A DNA stretch of 64,000 bases, taken from contig JARDVH010000143.1 of assembly GCA_030324005.1 (NCBI GenBank), forward strand, positions 23,297,578 through 23,361,577, written 5' to 3'. The DNA is from Negaprion brevirostris (taxonomy: Eukaryota). Position 1 is the first letter of the stretch. Each line of letters starts with the position of its first letter. Position numbers and translations under genes: made by a program. This document shows, in pieces, positions 14,201 through 24,232 of the stretch. The notes beneath the pieces are model-generated. The model saw nothing but the letters and a program-made list of their open reading frames with translations, did not search any database and was not told the DNA's origin.

Positions 14201-15122
14201 GTTACATTATGCAAGAACAAAGACAATGAAGGAGATTGCAACAATTACTGGGGCTCCTCAGCATCATTGAAAAAGCATTTTCCTGATTCATTCTAATGAG
14301 GCTCCATGAGCATAATATACCCAGATGGAAAATGCTGGTTCAAAGTAGGTAATTTTTAAAAATTATTCATTCATGGGATATAGGCATCACTGACAAAACC
14401 AGCATTTATTGCCCATTCCTGATTGCCCTCAAGAAGGTGATGGTGAGCTGCTGCTTCTTGAACTTCTGCAATCCATGTAGTGCAGGCATAGTGCTGTTAG
14501 GGAGGGAGTTGCAGGATTTGACCTTTTGGGAGAAGATGTGATCTTCTGCCTAATGTCTGTTTTGAGAGAAGTGTGGACAGCAGTGTTTTGTGGATTTCAA
14601 AAGCATCTAATGCCATGAATGGGATAGGTCTCTAAAAGAGAAAATTGACTGCCCTCCCAAGCTTTGCAGGCTCATACGGACATTCTGTTTCGGTGAAATT
14701 GAGGTAATTGGACTGAAAGTTGTTGCACCATGGGAAGAGTGGTTCAAGCCCTTGGTTACATCACACCTGACATTTCCTCATACATTTGCAGCTCTCTTCT
14801 CTTTGTTTGGCCAAAACAGTGGGAGTTAATTGTCACAACTTCCCCCCAACAAAATTCAATGGCGGTATTCTGTTTGCTGAATTAAAGCCACTGAGTTGGA
14901 CACCTCCATTTAGAACACTAAGAATGCCACTGGTGAGTTAATATATAGGAACATATTTAAAAGAGGCAACATCACTTCTGGGCATTAAAATACAGTTATA
15001 TTTTAATTCTAATTTTTCCCACATATTTTTTGAAGGTGTAATATAATGCAAATGTCACTTGTATTTTTGTTTCTCTCACTAGTAAATATTCTAAGTGGTA
15101 TAAGTAGGAATATCATTGAATA

Positions 15123-15486
15123 TCAGAATGGCAGGAGAAGCATATAGTCATCACATTATGCAAGAACAAAGGTAATGAAGGAGATTGCAACAATTACTGG
15201 GGCTCCTCAGCATCACTGAGAAAGCATTTTCCTCAGTCACTCTAACGAGGCTCTATCAGTATAATATACCCAGGAACGTAGCTCCACACACAGTCAGATG
15301 AGAAACTCCTGAGCCTATTAAGGCTGGAGGCCAATACAACAGTGCAGCATGTCCTGTTTATATGCTGAAGATCCTGCACTAGTTGTCCAAGACAGAAGAC
15401 CAGCTCCAAAGGCTCATGGATTGTTTGCCCAATGCTAATGTCATGTTCTTTCTTGCCATCAGTGTCGAGGAAATAGTAATTAGGGG
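15123..15486. repeat. local rearranged duplicate of 13960-14323 (direct part plus inverted part)
   Basis: 15123-15273 is a direct copy of ~14173-14323. 15274-15486 is the reverse complement of ~13960-14170. About 90% identity by eye. Confidence 0.95.
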
Positions 15487-16789
15487 TTATTTCTTGTTAA
15501 GCGACTGCTTTCTGTTTGCTTTCTGGTGTCAATCACAGGTGAAGTACAGCATCACTCTTAAAATCCACAGCTTCCAGCCATAACCTCATGCCACTACCAT
15601 ACACACACTGCAAATGTGCAACCTCCAGAAAATATTATTGCTACATCAGCATAGTAATGCCAATCCAGAATGACATGACCAATCTACCACCAGCCTGCAA
15701 CGAATTTAGGAGGCAATTCTGGATCATTGCCAAAGCCTTGCAGCAATCTCCCCTCATCCTTGATGACCAATGGCAGAAGAACTGAGTTACCAAATAAATT
15801 TGTTGTAGGGGACTCTACAGTACAACCTGAAGGTTCAAACCATCTTCAAAAAGAATGGATAACCAGAAACCAGCTCAAGATTGGACTGGGTGTACATGAT
15901 CAGAATGGAAGGTTAATTATACAAATGGTGAACTCCTAATCAACCTTGGAACATCCCACTGAACGCTACCTTCAGAAAATTTGCATGCGGCATACAAGAC
16001 ACTCACACTGTAACACCAGAATGTTTGATTTTGACATCTAACATAGATAATCTTTTGCTATAAGCACACAAAAGATAAAAAGGGCACAGTGTGAGAGCTA
16101 CAGAACTACTTCTTAACCTTACTGCAACATATATTCAATATTTGTCTCTTTTTATACATTTTAGTAATTTTCTTTCAGATATAAATAAGTATTGGCTAGA
16201 GGCGATATCTAGTACAATTAGGCACTGCTCTGCTTCCATAATTTCCTTAATGATTCAGTAATGATTTTGGTTCAAGTTATAGTCAGCAGAAATAAAGATT
16301 TCAACTAACTTTAGTCTCAACATAATGTTAGAGATTATTACTTCTAACTAATAATTGGCATTAAATGTTTAATTTTTACAATTCAAAGGTTAGGATATCT
16401 GCAAAATCAACATCTGAAATACATTTTGACTATTTATGCTCCTGACTATCTGCCCTCAAGCGCACAGCACTGTATTCTAATTATCTTTTCAGGAAATTGT
16501 GGTGTAACTGCCAATAAAGAATGGGGATCACTGCTGTCCAAATATGGCATTTATCATCAATGCTATCATCAATGAATTCCAGGTCATGGATTTTTAATGT
16601 TGTCCTTGTTGGCTTAGTCATGGAATTATGTTGAGGGAACTTGAATCAATATTAATACTTTAACAATTAGTTATGGAAGGATAGGACCAGCTATATAGAA
16701 GCAAGCTGTCTCCAATAATTGTAGGATTAAAAATTAGTTGCCTGGGTGCAAGATAACAACCCTACAGTTTCCCCATCACTGGTTTGCCT

Positions 16790-17450
16790 ACTTCCATCTC
16801 CAGTTTTATTTCCATCAAAAAATTATGTACTCCTCCAATTCTGGACTCATATACATCCTTGAGTTTCTTCAATCCTCCATTAATGGCTATGCCTCCAGCT
16901 GTCTGAGCCTTAAGCTTCAGAATACCAAATTTATAAATTTGAGCAGGAAACTATTTAACAAAAATATGACATGGAAAAATGCATACAGATGTAAGATTTG
17001 TGATATATTAATGTATGCAGATATTATGACATTTTATCTACTTAAGTAGTATTGAAAAAGTCCAAAACAGATTAATTTAGTACCTCCATTTGGTACAATA
17101 AATTGCCAGGGTATGAACGTGATCCAAATTCCCCTTGTCATTAAATAGATGAGGTTTTCCTCTTTAATGAAACCTGCATATAGTTTGGAGAATCCTTCCA
17201 AACTAGCATCTGGTTTATGTTAGGTTTGTTTTGACTGAATTAAACTGACATATTGATTAAATTTAATTGTTTGTGATTTCTCAGGGAGTTTCCAATCAGT
17301 CACCATTATTCTGTAAGGAATAGCAAAAAGTGTCCTTTAACACCAAACTTGCAATCTTGATCAAGCTTTTGATCACTGCATATATTCTTAAGTTTTTTTG
17401 TTTGATAATCACTCCTATGACATGCCTTCAGATATTTTAATATATTGAAT
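16790..17450 (+). mobile_element. L2 LINE 3' end, split by the inverted duplicate at 16925-17330
   Basis: SSNSGL...SSINGYASSCLSLKLQN (L2 ORF2 C-terminus-like) precedes the insertion, and the L2-type tail 'ttgatcaagcttttgatcac...tttgtttgataatcactcctatga' follows it. Confidence 0.6.
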
Positions 17451-17676
17451 GGAGAGTTGGTCAGCTCAGTTGACTGGATGACAGACTGGCGATACAGTGA
17501 CACTAACAGAGCAGGTTCAATTCCTGTACCGGTTTAGGTTATTCATGAAGGCTTGTCTTCTCAGCCTTGCTCTTGGCTTGAGTTGTGATGAACCTCAGGT
17601 TAAAATCACCACCAATCAGCTTTCCTCCCTCAAAGGGAGAGCAGCCTATGATCATCTGGGGCTATGGTGACTTACA
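17451..17676 (+). mobile_element. tRNA-derived SINE (non-HE1 family)
   Basis: A box 'tcagctcagttga', B box 'ggttcaattcc', and tail 'gagagcagcctatgatcatctggggctatggtgacttac'. Confidence 0.75.
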
Positions 17677-17761
17677 GTTTAAAATGTAAATTCTTGTTAT
17701 TGTTGTAAGAGATTAGAATAGAGAGCAGGAGAAACTGCTTTATGTAGAGAGTCACGTGATT

Positions 17762-18069
17762 CAGCAGCATGGTGGCACTGATTAGCACTGATGTCTCACA
17801 GCGCCAAGGGCCTGGGTTCAATTCCAGCTTCAGGTCATTGCGTGGAGTTTGCATGTTCTCCCTGTGTCTGTGTGGATTTCCTTTGCATGCTCCACTGTCC
17901 AAAGATTGATTGATTAGGTTGATTGACCCTGCTAAATTGCTCCTAAGTGTCAGGGGGAATTAACAGGGTAAATATATGCTGTTCAGGGGATGAGATCTGG
18001 ATGGGATTGTTGTCAGTGCAGGTGTGATGGGCTGAATGACCTCCTTCTGCACTGTAGGGATTCTATGAT
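17762..18069 (+). mobile_element. HE1-type V-SINE with CR1(HER1)-type tail
   Basis: Full head and body, with tail 'gggctgaatgacctccttctgcactgtagggattctatg'. Confidence 0.9.
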
Positions 18070-19111
18070 NNNNNNNNNNNNNNNNNNNNNNNNNNNNNNN
18101 NNNNNNNNNNNNNNNNNNNNNNNNNNNNNNNNNNNNNNNNNNNNNNNNNNNNNNNNNNNNNNNNNNNNNAGGGATTCTATGATTATGGAATTCATTTCCA
18201 GAGTTAGTTGTTCAGGCTGAAACTTTGGCATTGTTCAAGGTAAGATTAGAACAATGAGATATGGAAACAGGTTACTTAATGTGATTAGAGCTATCTGAAT
18301 ACAAGGACAAAATAAAATATAAAGCTGTTGTGAACAATTGCTCTTCCCTTTTTGTCCAGAGTGCAGAAACCCATTCCATAGTATGATGCATTAACACACC
18401 TCTGTTGAGATAATATTGGCATTCTGGGATTCCTTGTTTTAGCCTACTGAAGTAATTTTGGAAAAAATAAAATGATCACAGCTGCAAATGATTATGTTTT
18501 ATGGTAACCTTGCAAAAACCTATTTAAGTTGTCATTACTACAACAGCACAAACTCACTACCTCTTCAGCTAAAACTACCAACCATCCATCCAAGGAGGAT
18601 GGCAACACAGGGCTACTTTTTCCAAGACTAATCACTTCTTCAATTCTCTTTCTGCTGCTCCTTACAGAATATGGTGGCCGATTGGAAACTCCCTGAGAAA
18701 CCACAAACAATTAAATTTAAACAATATGTCAATTTAATTCAATCAAAACAAATCTAATATAAACCAGATGCTAGTGTGGAAGGATTCTCCAAACTATACG
18801 CAAATTTCATTAAAGAGGAAAACCTCATCTATTTAATGACAAGGGGAATTTGGATCACATTCATAACCATAAATTGGTGCAATAAATTGTACCAAATGGA
18901 GGTAATAAATTCATTTGTTTTGAACTTTTTCAACACTACTTAAGTAGATAAAATGTCAATATATCTGTATACATTAATATGTCACAAATCTTACATCTGT
19001 ATGCATTTTTCTGTGTCATATTTTTGTCAGTTTCCTGCTCCAAATTTATAATAGAATCTTGCTCAGTAAATGTGTAATTACACCACCCTCCCACCCAACC
19101 ATCCATCCATT

Positions 19112-19470
19112 TACTCTGTCTACACTTCCCATTGCCTCAGCAAAGCAGCCAGCATAATTAAGGACCCCACGCACCCTGGACATTCTCTCTTCCACCTTCT
19201 TCCTTCAGGAAAAAGATTCAAAAGTCTGAGGTCATGTACCAACTGACTCAAGAACAGCTTCTTCCCTGCTGCTGTCAGGCTTTTGAATGGACTTACTTTG
19301 CATTAAGTTGACTTTTCTCTGCACCCTATCTATGACTATAACATTATACTCTGCACTCTCTCGTTTCCCGCTCTATGAACGATACATTTTGCCGGTATAG
19401 CATGCAAGAAACAATACTTTTCACTGTATGATAATATATGTGACAATAATAAATCAAATAAAATCAAATC
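19112..19470 (+). mobile_element. Rex1/Babar LINE 3' end
   Basis: Encodes IIKDPTHPGHSLFHLLPSGKRFKSL...KNSFFPAAVRLLN and ends in aaatc-type repeats. A second copy lies at 61033-61335. Confidence 0.85.
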
Positions 19471-20649
19471 CTGCCTAGTGTGGTGCTGTACTGTCTCAGT
19501 TCTGTATCCAATTACAGGTGCAGAAATTCCTGGACTCAATTGTCCTTTTCACTGCATGGTCAAAATACCACCATTTTTACTATTTCACTATAAATTGATG
19601 GTATTTTGTTCTAATATAAGCAAAGTATTAAGTAAACATAAATAAAAAATGATGTTAAAATGATAACTGAATTACATTTAGGTACTCTGGTCTAATGAAA
19701 CTGTTGCCATTTAATCCTGCTTCACCTGTTTTTGATTCCTTGCACCAGATTATCATTACCGAGGCTGGTTGCTTGCATACCTAAATTTTCCAACTCAGCG
19801 GACCTGCCTTGGTTTAAAAGCCCTGTTAAACCCAATTTTCACTCTAGGGAGACAAGGTTGAGATGGAGTCAGGCCCGCCAACCCCTGAAGCAGATCCTAG
19901 AGTGCCTAGCCATGAGGGTGGGTGGGTGAATGCCAATGTGGGTTGGTTAGCTCTCTGGGACTTTGTCCCAGCTTTTTTTAGAAGATGTTAAGCCCTTAGC
20001 CCTCAACTCTGAGAGTATGAGGAACTAAGAAGAGTGACAGGAGAGCGTGAGTTGGCANNNNNNNNNNNNNNNNNNNNNNNNNNNNNNNNNNNNNNNNNNN
20101 NNNNNNNNNNNNNNNNNNNNNNNNNNNNNNNNNNNNNNNNNNNNNNNNNNNNNNNNNATGAGGAAATAAGAAGAGTGACAGGAGAGCGTGAGTTGGCATG
20201 GAGAGTATGAAGGGCAATAGGAAAGATCTTTTGAACTTACCTTTTAAAACATTCCTGGATCCATAATATGTTTCACCACTCCTCTGAGGAGCTATGAATA
20301 CTGAAACATGGATAGATTGTCTTGTCTGCCAACCCCCACAATGGATGCAGTCAGGTCAGGAAGTGAATATGCTGACTACAACCTTATCCTTTGCTGGTGA
20401 AAATTGTCATCATCAGGAATGAGGTCCTGCCCATTATTTTTAAAGAGGCTCTGGAGTTGCCCGCTTCTGCAAAATCCAGCCCATACAATCAATATAAACT
20501 TCTGTAAAGACATTAGGACAGTTTTTCCTAATGCCACTCTGTAGAATAAAACTATCTACAATTGCATCCATTTTGATTAAGCAGCCCATTTTATTCTTTC
20601 TGTTATATTGTTCTGTTATTCATAAATAGCTAGGAACTATATTGTTATG

Positions 20650-21050
20650 CTCATGTACATCCAGAATACCACATCACTTCACTACACTACAGCTTGGTTG
20701 TGGCAGGAAGTTTCCAAGAAGACAGTGGAAACGCTTGAGGGATGTCCTCAATGTAGAGGTCAAACATACTTGTCAACTCATAGGAGACCCTGGTTTCTGA
20801 CCAACCACAATGGAGAAGGTTAATCCAGGATGAGCACATTGAGAGACTTTGTTGGAAGTTTGTAAAGGCAAAGTCGAGATGTCAGAGGGAGTGCGCAAAC
20901 CTTCAAATAGCCCAGCCCATCAAGTACTATCTGCCTCACATGTCACAGAGTCTGCAGATTGCACAATGTAATTATCAGCTCTTCCAGAGCCCATTGAAAC
21001 AGAGAGAAAGCAATTCACCCTTGATCCCGAGGGACTGCTAAAAAAGATGG
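20650..21050 (+). mobile_element. RTE LINE 3' end relic
   Basis: Degenerate 'QWKRLRDVL...WRRLIQ...CLTCHRVCR' C-terminus and tail 'cttgatcccgagggactgc'. Confidence 0.6.
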
Positions 21051-21675
21051 TTAGGGGCTGAGTACCAATGTATCGGTTACAGCAGAAACTGAGATCTGTG
21101 AATACGTTGAACGAAAGCTCCAGAATTTTGTGTCTAAAAGTGTGATTATTTAGAACTTCTGGGAACCGCATAACACTTTCCATGCCAATTTATGATTCAG
21201 TTCCCTGAACAGATTGGGTTGCTGTAGTAATCACTCAGCAAGATGCAAGTTGGATAATTTATAGCGTGATATATTGATCCATTAAGTTGACTTGAATTTT
21301 GTCAGCAACAGTTTAATTTATGTAGCACTGTTAACCAGTATAGTTTCTCAAGACAATTCACTGGATCATAATCAGGCAAATTTCTTGGGAATTGAATTTT
21401 TACCCATAATGTTGCAAGGTTTATCTTCATGCCCATTCTACATCCGTAACATTCTTAAAGTTAATCTACATATGCACAATATTTTGAGTCCATATGACCC
21501 TTCTATGTTCCAAATGGTAACTATATTTTCCCTCCACGGTGGCATGCCGAGTTTATCCATTTTCTGTTCTTATTTCAGAATTCCAGCATCCACAGTATTT
21601 TGCTTTTATGCACACATTTAAACATACTTAATATTGCACAGGTGATTATCGGCACTCCTTCACAGAAACACAAAG

Positions 21676-21810
21676 GAAAAGCAAAATACTTGCAGATGCT
21701 GAAAATCTGAAATAAAAGCAGAAAATGCTGGAAATTCTCAGCAAGTCAGTCAGTATCTGTGAGGAGAGAGATGGCATTAACATCTCAGGTGGATATCCTT
21801 CATCAAACCG
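21676..21810 (-). mobile_element. Penelope-derived short terminal repeat (copies also at 21548-21608 +, 24871-25000 -, 43533-43635 -)
   Basis: Shares 'cagat(g/a)ctg...ctgctgag...tccagcattt...ttcagcatc..cagta.tttgc' with the tail of the Penelope at 26520-27475. Confidence 0.7.
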
Positions 21811-21859
21811 TAACAACTTCAACGAGACATGAGGTTCGCCTCTTGGAGAATGAGCTGCC

Positions 21860-22266
21860 TGTTTGAGGTCATAATGCACCCGGTGTGGAAGGAGTTGGGG
21901 AAGGAGGAGGATATTCTTGTGACCTGCTCTTGGGCCTGGCAAAGCTTGCCATAAACAGGTCCAAGCAGCAAGTGACTGAGGGGGTCTCCGACCTGACTGT
22001 CTGCCACTCTACCGCAGCTATATTTGCGGCCAGGTTCACCTGGAGAGGGAGCATGCGGTGTCCGAGGACACTGTTAATGCCTTCCATGCCGCTGGGGACC
22101 ACAGGGACTGGAATGCACTATTGACCCCTTTAATTTTGATTTGATGCTTTAAGTTTCCTTTCCACTTTGACTTCTTGTTTTGGGTGGTTTCTCTCCTTTT
22201 GGGAGTTGCCCATTTTCATTTGTCCCCTCGTTAATTTGATTTAGTTTATTTGGTTGGTCTAAAAAA
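21860..22266 (+). mobile_element. Tx1-like (L1 clade) LINE 3' end
   Basis: DLLLGLAKLAINRSKQQVTEGV...LEREHAVS resembles a Tx1 ORF2 C-terminus, followed by a T-rich 3' UTR and a short A tail. Confidence 0.7.
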
Positions 22267-22424
22267 TTGGTCATAATTGCCTGCCCAATCAGGGAGCCTC
22301 ACCTGTATATAAAAATGGGAGTATCAGGTCCACTAGTACTCTGGATTTAGATGCTGCACTTGGAGTGCAGGTAAATGAAGGGAGGGAATCTGTTGAGGAA
22401 TTATTTCAAGATCTATTTCACCTT

Positions 22425-22643
22425 AGAATTTCTATAATGCAGGAGGCTATTCAGCCCAATAAATCTGCAATGACAACAATTCCACCCAGGCCCTATTCCA
22501 ATATCTCCAGGTATTTACTCTGCTAATTTCACTCACTAAGAGGCAATTTAGCATAGCCAATTCACCTAACCTGCACATCTTTTGACTGTGGTAGGAGACT
22601 AGAGCACCTGGAAGAAACCTATGCAGGTGTGAGGAGAATGTGT
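22425..22643 (-). mobile_element. HE1-type SINE, 5'-truncated
   Basis: Reverse complement of the V-domain and CR1-type tail; the head is missing. Confidence 0.8.
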
Positions 22644-22644
22644 C

Positions 22645-23507
22645 TTTATTCTCTTGAGAGGAAAATATCAAAATTGGTGTCTACTTGGAGATTGGTCCAA
22701 CATAGAAATTTTTTTAAAAAGTAGTTTGAGTCTGCAAGATCCCACTAAATTAAAATTAATTTGGAATTTTGTATCATTTGGCTTTAAATTGCACTTCAAG
22801 TTTTGCTGTACTGGAACAAGACTGCGTCCTTCAGCGACACTGTGAGAAAAGCAAATAAGGCAATGGCCTCTCAACATTGATAACTGGAAGCAATCTAATC
22901 TCTCCAGCTTGTACTGAAGAGTAATTCAGTACTGTTGTGTTTGTTTATTAATCAGTGTCACAAGTAGGTTTATATTAACACTGCAATGAAGCTACTGTGA
23001 AAATCCCTGAGCTGCCTCACTTGGCATCTGTTTGGGTGCAGTGAGGGAGAATTTTAACATAGGCAATGTATGTAACCAACACATCTTTCAGACTGTGGGA
23101 GGAAACCAGAGCACCTGGACGAAACCCATGCGGATGCGGGGAAAACGTCCAGACTCTGCAGATAGTGACCCAAGCCCTGATGCTGTGAGGCAGCAGTGCT
23201 AACCACTGTGCTATCATTTATTCCCTTGAACTGAAAAATATCAAAATTGGTGCCTATTTACGGATAGCAATCCTTTTAATAGCAATTTTGAGTTTTCAAG
23301 ATCTCATTTCAATTTAAATTAATTTGAAAGTTTGGATCATTTGGCTTTAAATTGCACTTTGAAATTGGCTTTTGAATTGGGACTGGACTGCATCCCTTTA
23401 GTGTTACTGAGTAGAAAGGCAAATAAGGCAATGACCTGTCAACGTTGATAGCTGCAAGCAATCTAATCTCTCCATCTTGTATTGAGGTGTAATTCAGTGC
23501 TGCTGTG
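22645..23507 (+). repeat. ~290-bp direct duplication (22645-22939 and 23217-23507) bracketing a SINE
   Basis: Shared blocks include 'atcatttggctttaaattgcactt', 'gcaaataaggcaatg' and 'aagcaatctaatctctcca'. About 75-80% identity by eye. Confidence 0.9.
22940..23216 (-). mobile_element. HE1-type SINE, alternative-tail subfamily
   Basis: Reverse strand shows the head, the V-domain and the tail 'cttcattgcagtgttaat...ctacttgtgacactg..taataaacaaac'. Confidence 0.85.
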
Positions 23508-23687
23508 ACAGAGAGAGGCTGGGTTCCAGGTCTCTGTTCTTGAGGACATCTGCCTGAATCCGCCTGTCAATCAGCTCACGGCGTCGCCAAGGAGACGGCC
23601 CACTTCTGAATACCGCGGCGGCGGACTGGACGGCCGGGATGCTGGGGGCGGGGCCAATCGGGAAGCAGCGTCGCTTCGGACGCCAAG

Positions 23688-23732
23688 ATGGCGGCTGCCT
23701 GTAGAGTTTTCAGAATTTATGTCAGATTTTAA
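23688..23732 (+). other. uORF1 (MAAACRVFRIYVRF*), strong start context
   Basis: aagATGg to TAA at 23730-23732. It is a uORF only if the TSS lies upstream of 23688. Confidence 0.45.
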
Positions 23733-23886
23733 TCTTTTTCCTGGCGGCGACGTCAAACAATCCGTTTGGCGGTGCAAGTTTTCGTTTAAATGTGCTTTAT
23801 TAAAAAGTCAGCGGCCTTTTCGGGGTCGAAGCGGTTGTAGAGCAGCCGGCTGGCCTTGTCAGGGGGAGGGGGAAAGGGGGAGGTGA
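23719..23886 (+). other. uORF2, 55 codons, whose TGA overlaps the main ATG (TGATG)
   Basis: Open frame from ATG 23719 to TGA 23884-23886; weak context tttATGt. Confidence 0.35.
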
Positions 23887-23941
23887 TGGCGAGCGATGGC
23901 AGGAGGCAGTTCTGGAAGCGGAACACCAAGGTTCCCGGAAG
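23886..23941 (+). CDS. TBC1D22: TBC1 domain family member 22 (Rab-GAP), coding exon 1 (MASDGRRQFWKRNTKVPG-S); paralog A vs B uncertain
   Basis: Translation matches the recalled N-termini of TBC1D22A (MASDGARKQFWKRSNSKLPGS) and TBC1D22B (MAAENSKQFWKRSAKLPGS). ATG is in gtgATGg context inside a CpG island. The 56 coding nt end in phase 2 at AAG|GTTCGT. Confidence 0.93.
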
Positions 23942-24232
23942 GTTCGTGCAAGTGCTTACTGAGTCCGGGACAGCCTCAATTCCCTGCTGCTACTGCACCT
24001 TTCTCTCCACCTGGCTGATCTTCCTGCTGTCTGCCATTTGCTTCTTTGCGTTTGCAGGGTTGTCATTTCCACTCTACCCCCCCCCCCCCACTTCCCATAT
24101 TTATTTCTGCACCCAGTGCCGAGCTTAGCAATAACAGAGGAAGAGGCACAAGGCAACACCTGCTTGATGCACTCATTTGAAAATGTTTTGTCAGCTCTGC
24201 TCTTTTTTTGTTCTCATAGAAACTTAAAATTC

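Larger units (their letters stand above)
16925..19051. repeat. long inverted repeat, arms ~16930-17330 and ~18648-19051
   Basis: Arms of ~400 bp align as reverse complements at roughly 85-90% identity, with a ~1.3 kb spacer. Confidence 0.95.
23570..23990 (+). promoter_or_regulatory. CpG-island, TATA-less promoter and 5' UTR of TBC1D22
   Basis: The only strongly CpG-dense tract in an AT-rich window. GC box GGGGCGGGG at 23645-23653 abuts CCAAT at 23654-23658. YY1/TISU motif CAAGATGGCGGC at 23684-23695. Confidence 0.85.

Noticed and set aside
16925-19051. Reading the long inverted repeat as a foldback or Tc1-type transposon
   Set aside because: No TSD or transposase relic, and one arm is itself inserted inside an L2 whose remainder lies within the spacer.
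20017-20197. ~40-bp direct repeat flanking a 100-N gap (similar cases at 18056/18170, 38675/38802 and 47758/47867)
   Set aside because: Near-identical sequence on both sides of fixed 100-N gaps is most simply explained as unmerged contig overlaps or haplotype differences, not real repeats.
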